Part shown: in pieces, positions 20,110 to 30,200 of the stretch
Position numbering within the stretch: position 1 is the stretch's first letter
Layout: each line of letters opens with the position of its first letter
Source: Candidatus Brocadia sp.
GTDB lineage: Bacteria > Planctomycetota > Brocadiia > Brocadiales > Brocadiaceae
Length of the DNA stretch: 32,000 nucleotides
Assembly: GCA_021650915.1 (NCBI GenBank)
Contig: CP091279.1
Span: 4,014,274 to 4,046,273 of the forward strand
Direction of reading: 5' to 3'
Notes under the pieces: model-generated
Database searches by the model: none
What the model saw: only the letters and a program-made list of their open reading frames with translations
Told to the model about the DNA's origin: nothing
Made by a program: the position numbers and the translations under genes

Positions 20110-21381
20110 TTAGTCGGAATCCTTATCTTTCTGACCGGCCGGGAACAACAGGCTCCTGAACCTCAGGGCGCCAAATCCAAAACCAGCTATCAGTCCGATC
20201 ACGGCACACGTAGTTATGAGTCTTACAGAGCTGAGATTCAGCCCAAAGATGGCGTTTGCCCAGGATGTCAAAAGAAAGAGAGCTGCAAACGCTGCTGTGG
20301 TGACTAGCCCCGAGTAGACTCCGAAGTCCTTCTTTGTTGGTCGAGCCAGACGTTCCAGGTTCCTGACCTGGTTAGCGACCTGCTCGGTGAAGCGCACCAT
20401 CGCTGTCGCCTGTGGCCCAGCCTTCGCAAGCGTTTCGCCCGCGAGATGGATCTTGTTTCGGAGCGTGCTTAATCCTGGAAGCGCCGTTGTAAAGCTGGAG
20501 TCGAAGACCTTTTTCATAATACGCGCAAGCTCCGGTATGGCTTCCAAAAACTGACTTACCCCCGTAGCCAATACCGATGCGATTCGAACCGGTTCAGACA
20601 TCCCCTCTACTTGACGCAACAGATCTGAGGCGCTCCTTGCATTGGCGTTAACCTCTGCAGCGTTGGCGACTATCCGATCGTATTCGAACTGGTTACTATC
20701 GCTGATCGAACGGAAAAAGTCGTAGAACGCTCGGTAAAGATGGGCATAACCTCTAAATGCAAGACGCTCAGGCCGGCCTTCGGTGTAGTAAACATCGGCA
20801 ACGTTGTTGGCTGCTTTCGATGCTTCCTCAATCAGTGTTCGACCCGTCGCAAGATCGAGCTGCTGCAGCGCCAGCAGTGATGCAATCAGCAGCATCTCGG
20901 GTTTCATGTGGTCGACAAGCGGTTTGTATTTGCTGCTAAACGTCCCCGCTTTGTTAAGATAGACCTCTACCGCTTGCAGACGATCAAACGCCCGCGTAAT
21001 ATTCATCGCCCTAACGTCTAGCACACTTTGTGCGTACGCTCCCAGGCCGACAGAGATATCACGCGCATGCGTTTGCCCAAGTTGATCGAACCCCGATGCG
21101 GCTCGATCCAGCAGATCAACGGCCACCACGAAGTCACCTCCCCGAAAGGCGACGTTCACCGCTTGGGCAAAATACCACACTGACTGGAGAGCCGCTTTCA
21201 GCGCATCGCGATCCTCTGTGGCTTTGACATGGTCCAGTTCCTGTAGCTTCTCCTCGGCGAAGGTCTGTAAGGTGTCAGGATCGGTGTCAAACGCGGCGTT
21301 CAGAGCATCGTCAATGAGTGCTTGCGCGGACTTGGAAACTACGCTGATCTCTCCTGGCTTTCCGTGGTTATTTTCAGACAT
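20110..21381 (-). CDS. Hypothetical helical protein with C-terminal two-TM hairpin (unknown family)
   Basis: GC-rich ORF. ATG 21381 is preceded by GAGGAGG 6 nt upstream; the ORF track's GTG 21420 is less likely. The C-terminal hydrophobic segments are VYSGLVTTAAFAALFLLTSWANAIFG and LITTCAVIGLIAGFGFGALRF. I recognise no motif. Confidence 0.65.
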   Translation of the reverse strand: MSENNHGKPGEISVVSKSAQALIDDALNAAFDTDPDTLQTFAEEKLQELDHVKATEDRDALKAALQSVWYFAQAVNVAFRGGDFVVAVDLLDRAASGFDQLGQTHARDISVGLGAYAQSVLDVRAMNITRAFDRLQAVEVYLNKAGTFSSKYKPLVDHMKPEMLLIASLLALQQLDLATGRTLIEEASKAANNVADVYYTEGRPERLAFRGYAHLYRAFYDFFRSISDSNQFEYDRIVANAAEVNANARSASDLLRQVEGMSEPVRIASVLATGVSQFLEAIPELARIMKKVFDSSFTTALPGLSTLRNKIHLAGETLAKAGPQATAMVRFTEQVANQVRNLERLARPTKKDFGVYSGLVTTAAFAALFLLTSWANAIFGLNLSSVRLITTCAVIGLIAGFGFGALRFRSLLFPAGQKDKDSD

Positions 21382-21659
21382 CTTGTCCTCCTCGTTGTAA
21401 AAATAGAACTTCTGTTTCACCTCTGCTGCAACCGCCTTCCGTACCGACTCGCTCTGACGTCCGGCTAATTCCCGGCATCAGCGGCGCTGAGCGCCGTCCG
21501 TTACAACCAGTTAGTTGTCTCGGATTTTGAAAACGGTAGCGCCAATCCCTTATGGTCGGCCTGTGCGGGGGATAAACCACCCGCGCTACGTATTTTGCTT
21601 CATGCCGATTGTATAGAAAGGTACAAATTTTTCAAAAAACTACCTTGTTATCCTGTCTC

Positions 21660-23114
21660 TTATTTCTTTATCTCACTCATCGGAATGCCCATCGCCTTGG
21701 CAAGGCCCTCGCCGTAAGCCAGATCGGCTTTGAGACAATTACCAATGTGGCGAACCTTGATCTCCTTGGGCACGTTACCCATGGCACGGGCGGTGTTATC
21801 GAAGAGCGTCTGTTTCTGCGTGTCGTTTATCAGGCGGAAGAGGCGTCCCGGCTGGGTATAGTGGTCGTCATCTTGCGGGTAGCGGTCCGCGGCGCCATCA
21901 AGGGCTAGAGGCGGTTCGCGTAAATCAGGGTTGTCTTGCCATTCATTGTAGCTGTTGGGATCGTAGCCAGGCGTTCCGCCCTGATTGCCGTCGACCCGCA
22001 TCGCTCCGTCGCGGTGGTACATGTTTACCGGGCAACGCGGACGGTTGACGGGGATCTGGTGGTGGTTGACACCAAGGCGGTAGCGCTGAGCATCGCCATA
22101 GGAAAAGAGTCGTCCCTGTAGCATCTTGTCCGGAGAAAAGCCTATGCCTGGGACCACATTGGCAGGGTTAAAGGCCGACTGTTCGACTTCGGCAAAATAG
22201 TTCTCCGGGTTCTTATTGAGCTCGAGAATGCCAACTTCGAGGAGCGGGTAGTCCTTGTGGTACCAGACCTTGGTCAGGTCAAAGGGATTGTACGGCATCT
22301 TGGCGGCGTCTTTTTCATGCATAACCTGGATGAACAGCTTCCATCGCGGAAATTCGCAACGCTCAATCGTCTCGTAGAGATCACGCTGGTGACTCTCGCG
22401 ATCTTTGCCGATGACTGCCTCCGCTTCTGCGTCGCTAAGGTTCTTGATGCCCTGCTGAGTGTGGAAGTGGAACTTCACCCAAAAGCGCTCGTTCCTCGCG
22501 TTGATAAGGCTGAACGTGTGGCTCCCGAACATGTGCATGTGCCGATAGCTTGTCGGAATGCCGCGGTCGCTCATCGTGATAGTGATCTGGTGTAATGCCT
22601 CGGGCAGCGACGTCCAGAAATCCCAGTTGTTCTTAGCGCTACGAAGATTGGTGCGGGGATCGCGCTTCACCGCATGGTTGAGACCAGGGAAACGTAGCGG
22701 ATCGCGCAGAAAGAAAACCGGGGTGTTATTACCAACGAGATCCCAGTTGCCCTCCTCGGTGTAGAACTTGATCGCCGTGCCACGGATATCGCGCTCGGCG
22801 TCAGCCGCGCCGCGTTCGCCGGCTACCGTTGAGAAGCGTAGGAAAAGGTCTGTCCTCTTGCCAATCTGCGAGAATATTTTCGCCCTGGTGTACTTGGTGA
22901 TGTCGCAGGTCACCGTAAAGATGCCATAGGCGCCTGAGCCCTTGGCGTGCATGCGGCGTTCGGAAATCACCTCGCGATCGAAGTGTGCGAGCTTCTCGAG
23001 AAACCAAACATCCTGAAGCAACTGTGGTCCTCGCGGCCCAGCAGTCATCACATTTTGGTTGTCTGCCACGGGCGCCCCGGCGGCGGTTGTCAGTTTCTTC
23101 TTTTCGTCATTCAC
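21660..23114 (-). CDS. katA: Monofunctional heme catalase (small-subunit, clade 3, KatA-like)
   Basis: [58 protein letters not shown] and [17 protein letters not shown] 23114 is preceded by AAGGAG, giving a typical 484 aa. The longer track ORF from 23207 lacks an SD. Confidence 0.9.
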   Translation of the reverse strand: MNDEKKKLTTAAGAPVADNQNVMTAGPRGPQLLQDVWFLEKLAHFDREVISERRMHAKGSGAYGIFTVTCDITKYTRAKIFSQIGKRTDLFLRFSTVAGERGAADAERDIRGTAIKFYTEEGNWDLVGNNTPVFFLRDPLRFPGLNHAVKRDPRTNLRSAKNNWDFWTSLPEALHQITITMSDRGIPTSYRHMHMFGSHTFSLINARNERFWVKFHFHTQQGIKNLSDAEAEAVIGKDRESHQRDLYETIERCEFPRWKLFIQVMHEKDAAKMPYNPFDLTKVWYHKDYPLLEVGILELNKNPENYFAEVEQSAFNPANVVPGIGFSPDKMLQGRLFSYGDAQRYRLGVNHHQIPVNRPRCPVNMYHRDGAMRVDGNQGGTPGYDPNSYNEWQDNPDLREPPLALDGAADRYPQDDDHYTQPGRLFRLINDTQKQTLFDNTARAMGNVPKEIKVRHIGNCLKADLAYGEGLAKAMGIPMSEIKK

Positions 23115-23224
23115 TTTTATTCTCCTTTTGCAGTTTGATTGTACAGCTAACGTTTGAGCACAACGGCGGCCCGTCTGAGCCGTCCGCTGGAACGAATTGT
23201 TGGACATCTATCCGCTACAAAGGA

Positions 23225-23392
23225 CTAGTGTGCAGACATATTAATTACAAATTATATATTGTGGGCAATTATTAATCGTCTCATAATAGAACACACATTA
23301 AGCTGTCCGTTTAGCGCTTCAATATTGGAGAAGGAAAGCATACGACGAATCAATACAATTATGAGACCCTTAATAATATGTCTGTATACTAG
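23225..23392. mobile_element. 168-bp MITE containing 107-bp repeat copy 2 (23270-23376)
   Basis: Terminal inverted repeats CTAGTGTGCAGACATATTAATTA (23225-23247) versus the reverse complement of TAATAATATGTCTGTATACTAG (23371-23392), 20/23 matching. Both ends begin and end with CTAG. No ORF. Confidence 0.7.
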
Positions 23393-23588
23393 CAACCCCT
23401 GTCACAAAAGCCTTCTTATAGGCAACCCCTCTTTCTGACCCTATAACCCCTAACCCGAACGAGTCGGAAAAGTTTTGTGTTTTAGTAACTTGCAAACGTA
23501 GTATACAATAATAAGCGAATAGTTATTTTCACCCACTCGTTCGTGTTCGTCAGAAGAAAACGGATTTCTTCACAATAAGGGATTATCT

Positions 23589-24114
23589 ATGAAGCTTATC
23601 ACAGAGACTCACGCGGAGCATATTCGAGGCACTCTTTCATGCTATGACCGTATCATTATTCAAGGCACCTTGCCCCCTTTTTGTCATGCAAAGGGTATGA
23701 CATCATTTCTGTATGGGGAAAAAAATCCGTATCTTTGACTACCCGCAATTTGCTCAAGGCTTGCGGGACGAATTGATTGCGCACGCCAAAAAGATCGCCA
23801 GCGAGAATAACCTGAGTATCCAATATCTCCCGAAAAAGAACTTTCGCCAGGAAGAATGTATTGCAGAAGTCCTGAAAAGACACGGCACCCATCCTGGTCT
23901 TGTCCACATCTTTTCAGTACAAGAATCCTGTGCCTCCTATACTCCATGGCACGACAAGAATACCCACAAGACTTTTCTCAAATACGATCCCAGTGGGAGA
24001 TGCCTTCACTATTATTTCTATTTTATTCATGAAATTTTAGGCCTGTGTTATGTCCGTGTGCCAACATGGATTCCTTTTCGTCTTCAAGTCTATTTTAACG
24101 GTCATAACTGGTTA
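23589..24114 (+). pseudogene. Conserved hypothetical gene, frameshifted and 3'-truncated
   Basis: MKLITETHAEHIRGTLSCYDRIIIQGTLPPFCHAKGMTSFLYG runs in one frame, then KKIRIFDYPQFAQGLRDE...LCYVRVPTWIPFRLQVYFNGHNWL continues in frame +1. The switch is at the G4A7 run 23715-23725. Protein-like sequence ends at about 24114, where the CAGAAAGGG repeat begins. Confidence 0.55.
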
Positions 24115-24150
24115 GGGGAACAGAAAGGGTCACCCAGGAACAGAAAGGGG

Positions 24151-24309
24151 TCAAATCTTTATTGTTGACAAATCTATCTCAACTCTTTGGATCATCTGGG
24201 AAAGATGCTTGTTGCCATTCAGTCTTTCCCGTAATCGTTTTCGTCCCACACTCACGGTACTATAGTCTACCCCCATTATTTCCCCTATCTCAGTTCCGCT
24301 GAGTCCGCC
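24151..24309 (-). pseudogene. 3' remnant of an HTH-containing, mobile-element-associated ORF
   Basis: It encodes GGLSGTEIGEIMGVDYSTVSVGRKRLRERLNGNKHLSQMIQRVEIDLSTIKI*, an HTH of DnaA-C / sigma70-region-4 style. There is no N-terminal part. About 90% identical over its shared part to 26522-26626. The stop lies inside the repeat motif. Confidence 0.55.
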
Positions 24310-24372
24310 AAGAACAGAAGGGGTCAAATCTTTATGAAGCTCAGCGGAATAGCGGGCAGGTGGAGCGCCTTG

Positions 24373-24630
24373 TTAGACAATATTTGATTCATATTGATAG
24401 ACAGGAACCTGAATAATTTTTGTTGGTTTCTTTTCCTCTTGTAGAAGCTGATCAATGGCCTTAGCTACTGCTGGTTTTATCACTTTTTCTCCACACTGTG
24501 TACAAACACCCACAGGAACATTCTCAAAAATGAATAACTTTCCCTTCCATCTAATTTCACGATGCGTGAGTTGTTCCGCGACAGCCCCCCCGCAATAGAA
24601 ACAATCACTGTATTTATATTCCTTTACCAT
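24373..24630 (-). CDS. YgiT-type zinc-finger protein (MqsA-N-like putative antitoxin)
   Basis: CFYCGG...(x27)...CTQCGE zinc ribbon with the VPVGVC pattern. GGAGA lies 10 nt upstream. Located immediately downstream of the DUF4258 gene. Confidence 0.75.
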   Translation of the reverse strand: MVKEYKYSDCFYCGGAVAEQLTHREIRWKGKLFIFENVPVGVCTQCGEKVIKPAVAKAIDQLLQEEKKPTKIIQVPVYQYESNIV

Positions 24631-24672
24631 AGGTCAATGTCTCCATTATCGATTTCTTGTGTATGGAGCTCT

Positions 24673-24960
24673 CTATTTTGGCATAGTTGGGATATAAACG
24701 GTAACGAGAATCAAATGTCCAGAAGGACTCTTCCCACAAACAACATGAACTGGTATTCCATCATGGGTAAATCCAACTGTCAGACAACTTTCACCACGAG
24801 GGTCATTTGGATATTGTTCTAATATTTTACCCTGTGATAAAGCAAATTCCAATTCAGAAATGGTTAAACCATCTGCAATTCGTTCGTCATCTGCGTGAAG
24901 TGATATTTCATAGGTCTGCTTTTCAATTCCATTGCGAATAAAATCAGGTGCTATACTCAT
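24673..24960 (-). CDS. DUF4258-family putative toxin
   Basis: ISLHADDERIADGLTISELEFALSQGKILEQYPNDPRGESCLTVGFTHDGIPVHVVCG....LILVTVY matches the DUF4258 pattern (H....R...R.I........L..G.I.E.YP.D.......L......G.P.HVV). Confidence 0.7.
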   Translation of the reverse strand: MSIAPDFIRNGIEKQTYEISLHADDERIADGLTISELEFALSQGKILEQYPNDPRGESCLTVGFTHDGIPVHVVCGKSPSGHLILVTVYIPTMPK

Positions 24961-24980
24961 TCCGATCTATTTCAATGTTG

Positions 24981-25343
<363 letters not shown>

Positions 25344-25423
25344 AGGTTATTTTATCATTTCATCATTTTTAGTCGAACGATAGAACTGCGCGGCGGCGGA
25401 ACGCCATCCGCACGAGTGACTTG

Positions 25424-25762
25424 TTATGCCCCTATTATCTCATTCAGTCCGTCAACTACCTGTTCCATTTCCTCAGGAGAAACCCTTCCGATTATTTTTC
25501 CAATTCTCTCAACGGAAAGCGTCCGAATCTGGCTTATTTTTGCCCATGACCGTTTGGGTAAATTTGTGGTTTTTAATTCAAGGGTGAGGGGAAATCCCGC
25601 CTTCTGAGGCTGACTGGTTAGAGCTACGGCAATAACTGTCCCTGATCGTTCATTGAATATATCCTGGCTTAAAATTAAAACAGGCCGTAAGCCTGCTTGC
25701 TCACGGCCACGTACGGGGTTTAAATCAGCCCATCTAATGTCGCCCCTCAGTATTCGGGCCAT
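25424..25762 (-). CDS. mazF: MazF/PemK-family endoribonuclease toxin
   Basis: RGDIRWADLNPVRGREQAGLRPVLILSQDIFNERSGTVIAVALTS is the canonical PemK/MazF N-terminal pattern. Confidence 0.88.
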   Translation of the reverse strand: MARILRGDIRWADLNPVRGREQAGLRPVLILSQDIFNERSGTVIAVALTSQPQKAGFPLTLELKTTNLPKRSWAKISQIRTLSVERIGKIIGRVSPEEMEQVVDGLNEIIGA

Positions 25763-25989
25763 TGGTTCAAATCCTCAGTTAAACCTTCCTCCGCCATTGC
25801 TTTTTCAAAGGGTATGTCGAGCTTGGCGCATTCTTTAGCCAAACGAGTGCGTTTAAGACGTTTCAGTTTCTCTTCTACTGCTTCCTGTATTGCCTGACTG
25901 CGGTTTTGAAAAACATGCTCACTAACGAGCCTATCTATGTCTTCAATAAATTGTTCGTCTAATGTAATGGCAATTTTTGTTTTTCTCAT
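25747..25989 (-). CDS. Ribbon-helix-helix (CopG/MazE-like) antitoxin
   Basis: MRKTKIAITLDEQFIEDIDRLVSEHVFQNRSQAIQEAVEEKL has the ribbon-helix-helix (RHH) signature. It overlaps mazF by 16 nt. Confidence 0.8.
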   Translation of the reverse strand: MRKTKIAITLDEQFIEDIDRLVSEHVFQNRSQAIQEAVEEKLKRLKRTRLAKECAKLDIPFEKAMAEEGLTEDLNQWPEY

Positions 25990-26006
25990 AATTTACCTTT
26001 GGTATT

Positions 26007-26035
26007 ACAATATATCATACCTATGGATTTGTCAA
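26007..26035 (-). promoter_or_regulatory. Sigma70-type promoter candidate for the RHH-mazF operon
   Basis: The minus strand reads TTGACA (26035-26030), a 17-nt spacer, then TATTGT (26012-26007), about 18 nt upstream of ATG 25989. Confidence 0.4.
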
Positions 26036-26233
26036 TATTTTTCAAGGCATAACGAGATCAATAAGGAGCGGGGGCAATTGCACGAATGAAAACCAAAACA
26101 GCGTTATTCCCCGTCGTCTTGGTTGAAGTGTTCGACGTTGCTTTCATATGTATTTTTATATGGTCTGAAATCTAATCCGTGTTGCTTTTCTTTCACTAAG
26201 CATTCATAGCGCGGCACCGCCACAACCAAATTT

Positions 26234-26357
26234 CTTTTATGAAAGCGGGGAGATTGCTTCGGAAAAGGCCCTCGCAATGACAGCGACCATGCACTTTGAT
26301 GGCACACGGCACGTTGTCATTGCGAGTGAAGCGAAGCAATCTTTCACTCATAAAAAG
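26234..26357. repeat. Foldback palindromic element (cattgcgag / aagcaatc class)
   Basis: Nested inverted repeats: CTTTTATGA / TCATAAAAAG, AGATTGCTTCG (26251-26261) / CGAAGCAATCT (26332-26342), and CTCGCAATGACA (26271-26282) / TGTCATTGCGAG (26315-26326). Its translation yields the familiar artefact peptide VIASEAKQS. Confidence 0.7.
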
Positions 26358-26651
26358 CGGCATCTCTTGAAAGGGGTTTGTGAAAAAACTTACAAAAAAA
26401 GAAGTTTTTATACAGTAATACTATATTGCGACAAATGGCTCGCAGTCATTGATATGCCAGTCATCAACGACAGGCATTCAAGTGTCCCGAAGCGAGTCAG
26501 AAGGGGTCAAAAATTTGAGAAAAATGCTTGTTGCCTTTCAGTCTTTCCCGTAATCGCTTTCTCCCCACACTCACGGTACTATAGTCTACCCCCATTATTT
26601 CTCCTATCTCAGTTCCGCTGAGTCCGTTAAACCGATAGAACAAGTCTATCG

Positions 26652-27177
<526 letters not shown>

Positions 27178-27262
27178 CTAACTTGTTAACGTTACAAATT
27201 GTGTGATAGACAGAAAAGAGGATAAGTATTTATGCTCATGATTCTTCCTGGTATTACCGACG

Positions 27263-30200
27263 CTACACAGGAGACCACGCTGCCTGATGTTTGAGTAATT
27301 TCCATCTCCTCTGAATTTCTGCTTCCGCCTGCTTCATAAGCGCTGCAGCGACTTCAGGATTGCTTGCCTTTAACGCCCGGTAGCGATTTTCCTTGTAGGC
27401 ATATTCTTCAAAGGAAACGGACGGGTCCTTGCTGTCAAGCACCAGCGGATTCTTCCCCTGGGCTTCAAGCTGCGGATTGTACCGGTACAGCGGCCAATAA
27501 CCGCTGGCAACCGCCTTTTTCTGCTGCTCTATGCCCCTGCTCATATCAAAGCCATGGGCAATACATACGGAGTAGGCAACAATGAGCGCCGGCCCGTTGT
27601 ATGCCTCTGCCTCCGTAATCGCCCTGACCGTCTGCGCGAGATTCGCCCCAAACGCCACCTGGGCAACATATACCTTGCCATAGGTAGCCATCATCAAAGC
27701 GATATTTTTCTTCGGCGTCCTCTTCCCACCCGCAGCAAACTGCGCAATCGCACCCAGCGGGGTCGCCTTGGACATCTGCCCGCCGGTATTCGAATAAACC
27801 TCGGTGTCCATAATGAGGAGCTTTATGTTTTCACCCGACGCCAGGACGTGGTCAACCCCACCATACCCGATATCATAACCCCACCCGTCACCGCCAATCG
27901 ACCATACCGATTTCTTCACCAGATAATCTGCAAGGGAGAGGAGACTCTTTGCATCGGATGAGGCGTCCTTTGACAACCTCTTTTTCAGTTCTTCTACACG
28001 CACCCTCTGTTTATCAATCCCTTCCTGGTCAGACTGGTCGGCATTTTTCAATGACTCAAAAAGTTCCTTTGCATCCGCATATGCAGGCGTCTTTGCCAGC
28101 TTATCCAGTAACTCTCCTGCCTGTAAGTAAAATTTATCCACGGTCAGCCGCATGCCAAGACCAAATTCTGCCGTATCCTCAAAGAGGGAGTTCGACCATG
28201 CAGGACCGCGCCCGTCAGCCCGTTTGGTATAGGGAGTGGTTGGCAAATTTCCACCGTAGATGGACGAACACCCGGTGGCATTGGCAATAATCAAACGGTC
28301 GCCAAACAACTGGGTAAGCAATTTAATATACGGAGTCTCTCCGCACCCCGCACAGGCGCTGTGATACTCAATGAGCGGCTTTACAAACTGGCTCCCTTTC
28401 ACGGAATTCACGTTAAACCTTGCAGGATCCGTTTCGGGAAGATCGAGGAAGAACTGGTAATTCTCTGCTTCCGCCTGACGAAGCGGCTCCTGAAGCTTCA
28501 TATTAATGGCCTTGACACCAGGTATCTTGTTCCCCTGCGCATCCTTCTTCTGACCAGGACAGTTGAATACACACGAACCGCATCCGGTGCAATCTTCCGG
28601 CGCTACCTGGACGGTAAACCTCAGCCCCGTCAGTTCTTTTCCCGTTGCGTCAACCGATTTGAAATTTTGGGGCGCATCCTTTAACAATGCAGGATCATAC
28701 GCCTTTATCCGGATCGTTGCGTGAGGACAGACAAATGAGCACTGGCCGCACTGAATGCAGGCATCAGGCTCCCATTCGGGGATATGTACCCCGATGTTCC
28801 TCTTTTCATACTGGGTCGTCCCGGTAGGCCAGGTGCCATCTGCGGGGATCGCGGAAACGGGCAGATAATCACCCTTGTTGGCAATCATCTTTGCCGTCAC
28901 CTTTTTTACAAATTCCGGCGCATCTTCGGGCACCGGCGGCCTCATACGGACATTGCTGGTGACCTTGCCCGGCACCTTTACCTCGACAATATTCTGGAGC
29001 GCCTTGTCCACTGAGGCGTAGTTCATCTTCACCACGTCCTCGCCCTTTTTGATATACGTCTTTTTCAGCTCCGCCTTGATTGCCTCAATGGCTTCTTCCT
29101 TGGGAATAATGCCAGAAATAACAAAGAAGGCGGTCTGCATGATGGTGTTAATCCTTGTCCCCAGCCCGATCTCCTCGGCCAGGGAAATGGCGTCAATAAT
29201 ATAGAATTTCATCTTTTTGGCAATGAGATGCTCCTGCACTTCTACCGGCAGGCTGTCCCAGATCTCGTCCTTATTTTTTGAAGTCGTCAGAAGAAACGTT
29301 GCCCCTTCCTCCGCATTGGACAGCATATCGAATTTTTCAAGAAACGAGGGATTATGGCAGGCGATGAAATTTGCCTTCGAGACCAGGTAGGGGTTGAGTA
29401 TCTTATCTTTCCCAAAGCGCAGGTGGGATACCGTTGTTGACCCCGACTTTTTTGAGTCATACACAAAGTATCCTTGAGCATAATTATCCGTTTCAGAGCC
29501 GATAATCTTGATCGTGTTCTTATTTGCGCCAACCGTGCCATCCGCCCCCAACCCGTAAAACAACGCCCGGTACGCCTCTTTCCCCTCTATCGTAAAGGAT
29601 TCGTCGTACGCGAGGCTGGTGCCCGTGACATCGTCGTTGATACCAATCGTAAAGTGGTTCTTTGGTTTCCCCTGTGCAATATTGTCAAACACAGCCTTCA
29701 CCATTGCGGGGGTAAAATCCTTTGAGCCAAGCCCGTAACGGCCGCCAACCACGACCGGATAATTCTTGAATTTTGTCGTGCCCTTATCCATGGCCTCACC
29801 AATGGCGGTCCTCACATCGAGATACAAAGGCTCACCAATAGCGCCGGGCTCCTTGGTGCGATCAAGGACGGCAATTGCCTTTACACTTGCAGGTAAACTA
29901 TCAGCAAAGGCGGCAACATCAAATGGCCGAAAAAGCCTTACCTGGAGCAGCCCCAGTTTTTCGCCCTTCGCATTGAGTGCCTGAATGGTATTGAACACCG
30001 TCTCTCCGGCTGAGCCCATAACGATAATAATGCGTTCAGCATTGGGTGCGCCGGAGTAATCAAAGAGTTTATATTGACGACCAGCAACCTTCGCAAAGGC
30101 ATCCATCGCCTTCTGCACGATGGCAGGGGTTGCCGCATAATATTTATTCACCGTTTCCCTTCCCTGAAAGTATACATCCGGGTTTTGTGATGTGCCGCGG

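Noticed and set aside
19553-20159. ORFs 19553-19813 (minus strand) and 19725-20159 (plus strand) in the malQ-island gap
   Set aside because: Both are Cys/His/Arg-rich with no motif. The plus-strand ORF reads straight through the 107-bp repeat and the compositional break, so it cannot be a coherent gene.
20578-20597. tRNA T-arm-like GATTCGAACCGGTTC
   Set aside because: It lies inside the unknown-protein CDS, and no acceptor or anticodon stems can be drawn around it.
19943-23376. CRISPR array or att-site interpretation of the 107-bp repeats
   Set aside because: There are only two copies 3.2 kb apart, with no short spacers, so this is not CRISPR. No tRNA or integrase is present, so classical attL/attR cannot be supported from this window.
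23715-23725. Programmed -1 ribosomal frameshift at the G4A7 run
   Set aside because: The downstream frame is +1, not -1, relative to the upstream frame. A homopolymer indel (mutation or sequencing error) is the simpler explanation.
26104-26621. ORFs 26104-26307 (minus strand) and 26277-26621 (plus strand)
   Set aside because: Both are built from the foldback palindrome and the HTH-remnant antisense strand, and are repeat-derived artefacts.
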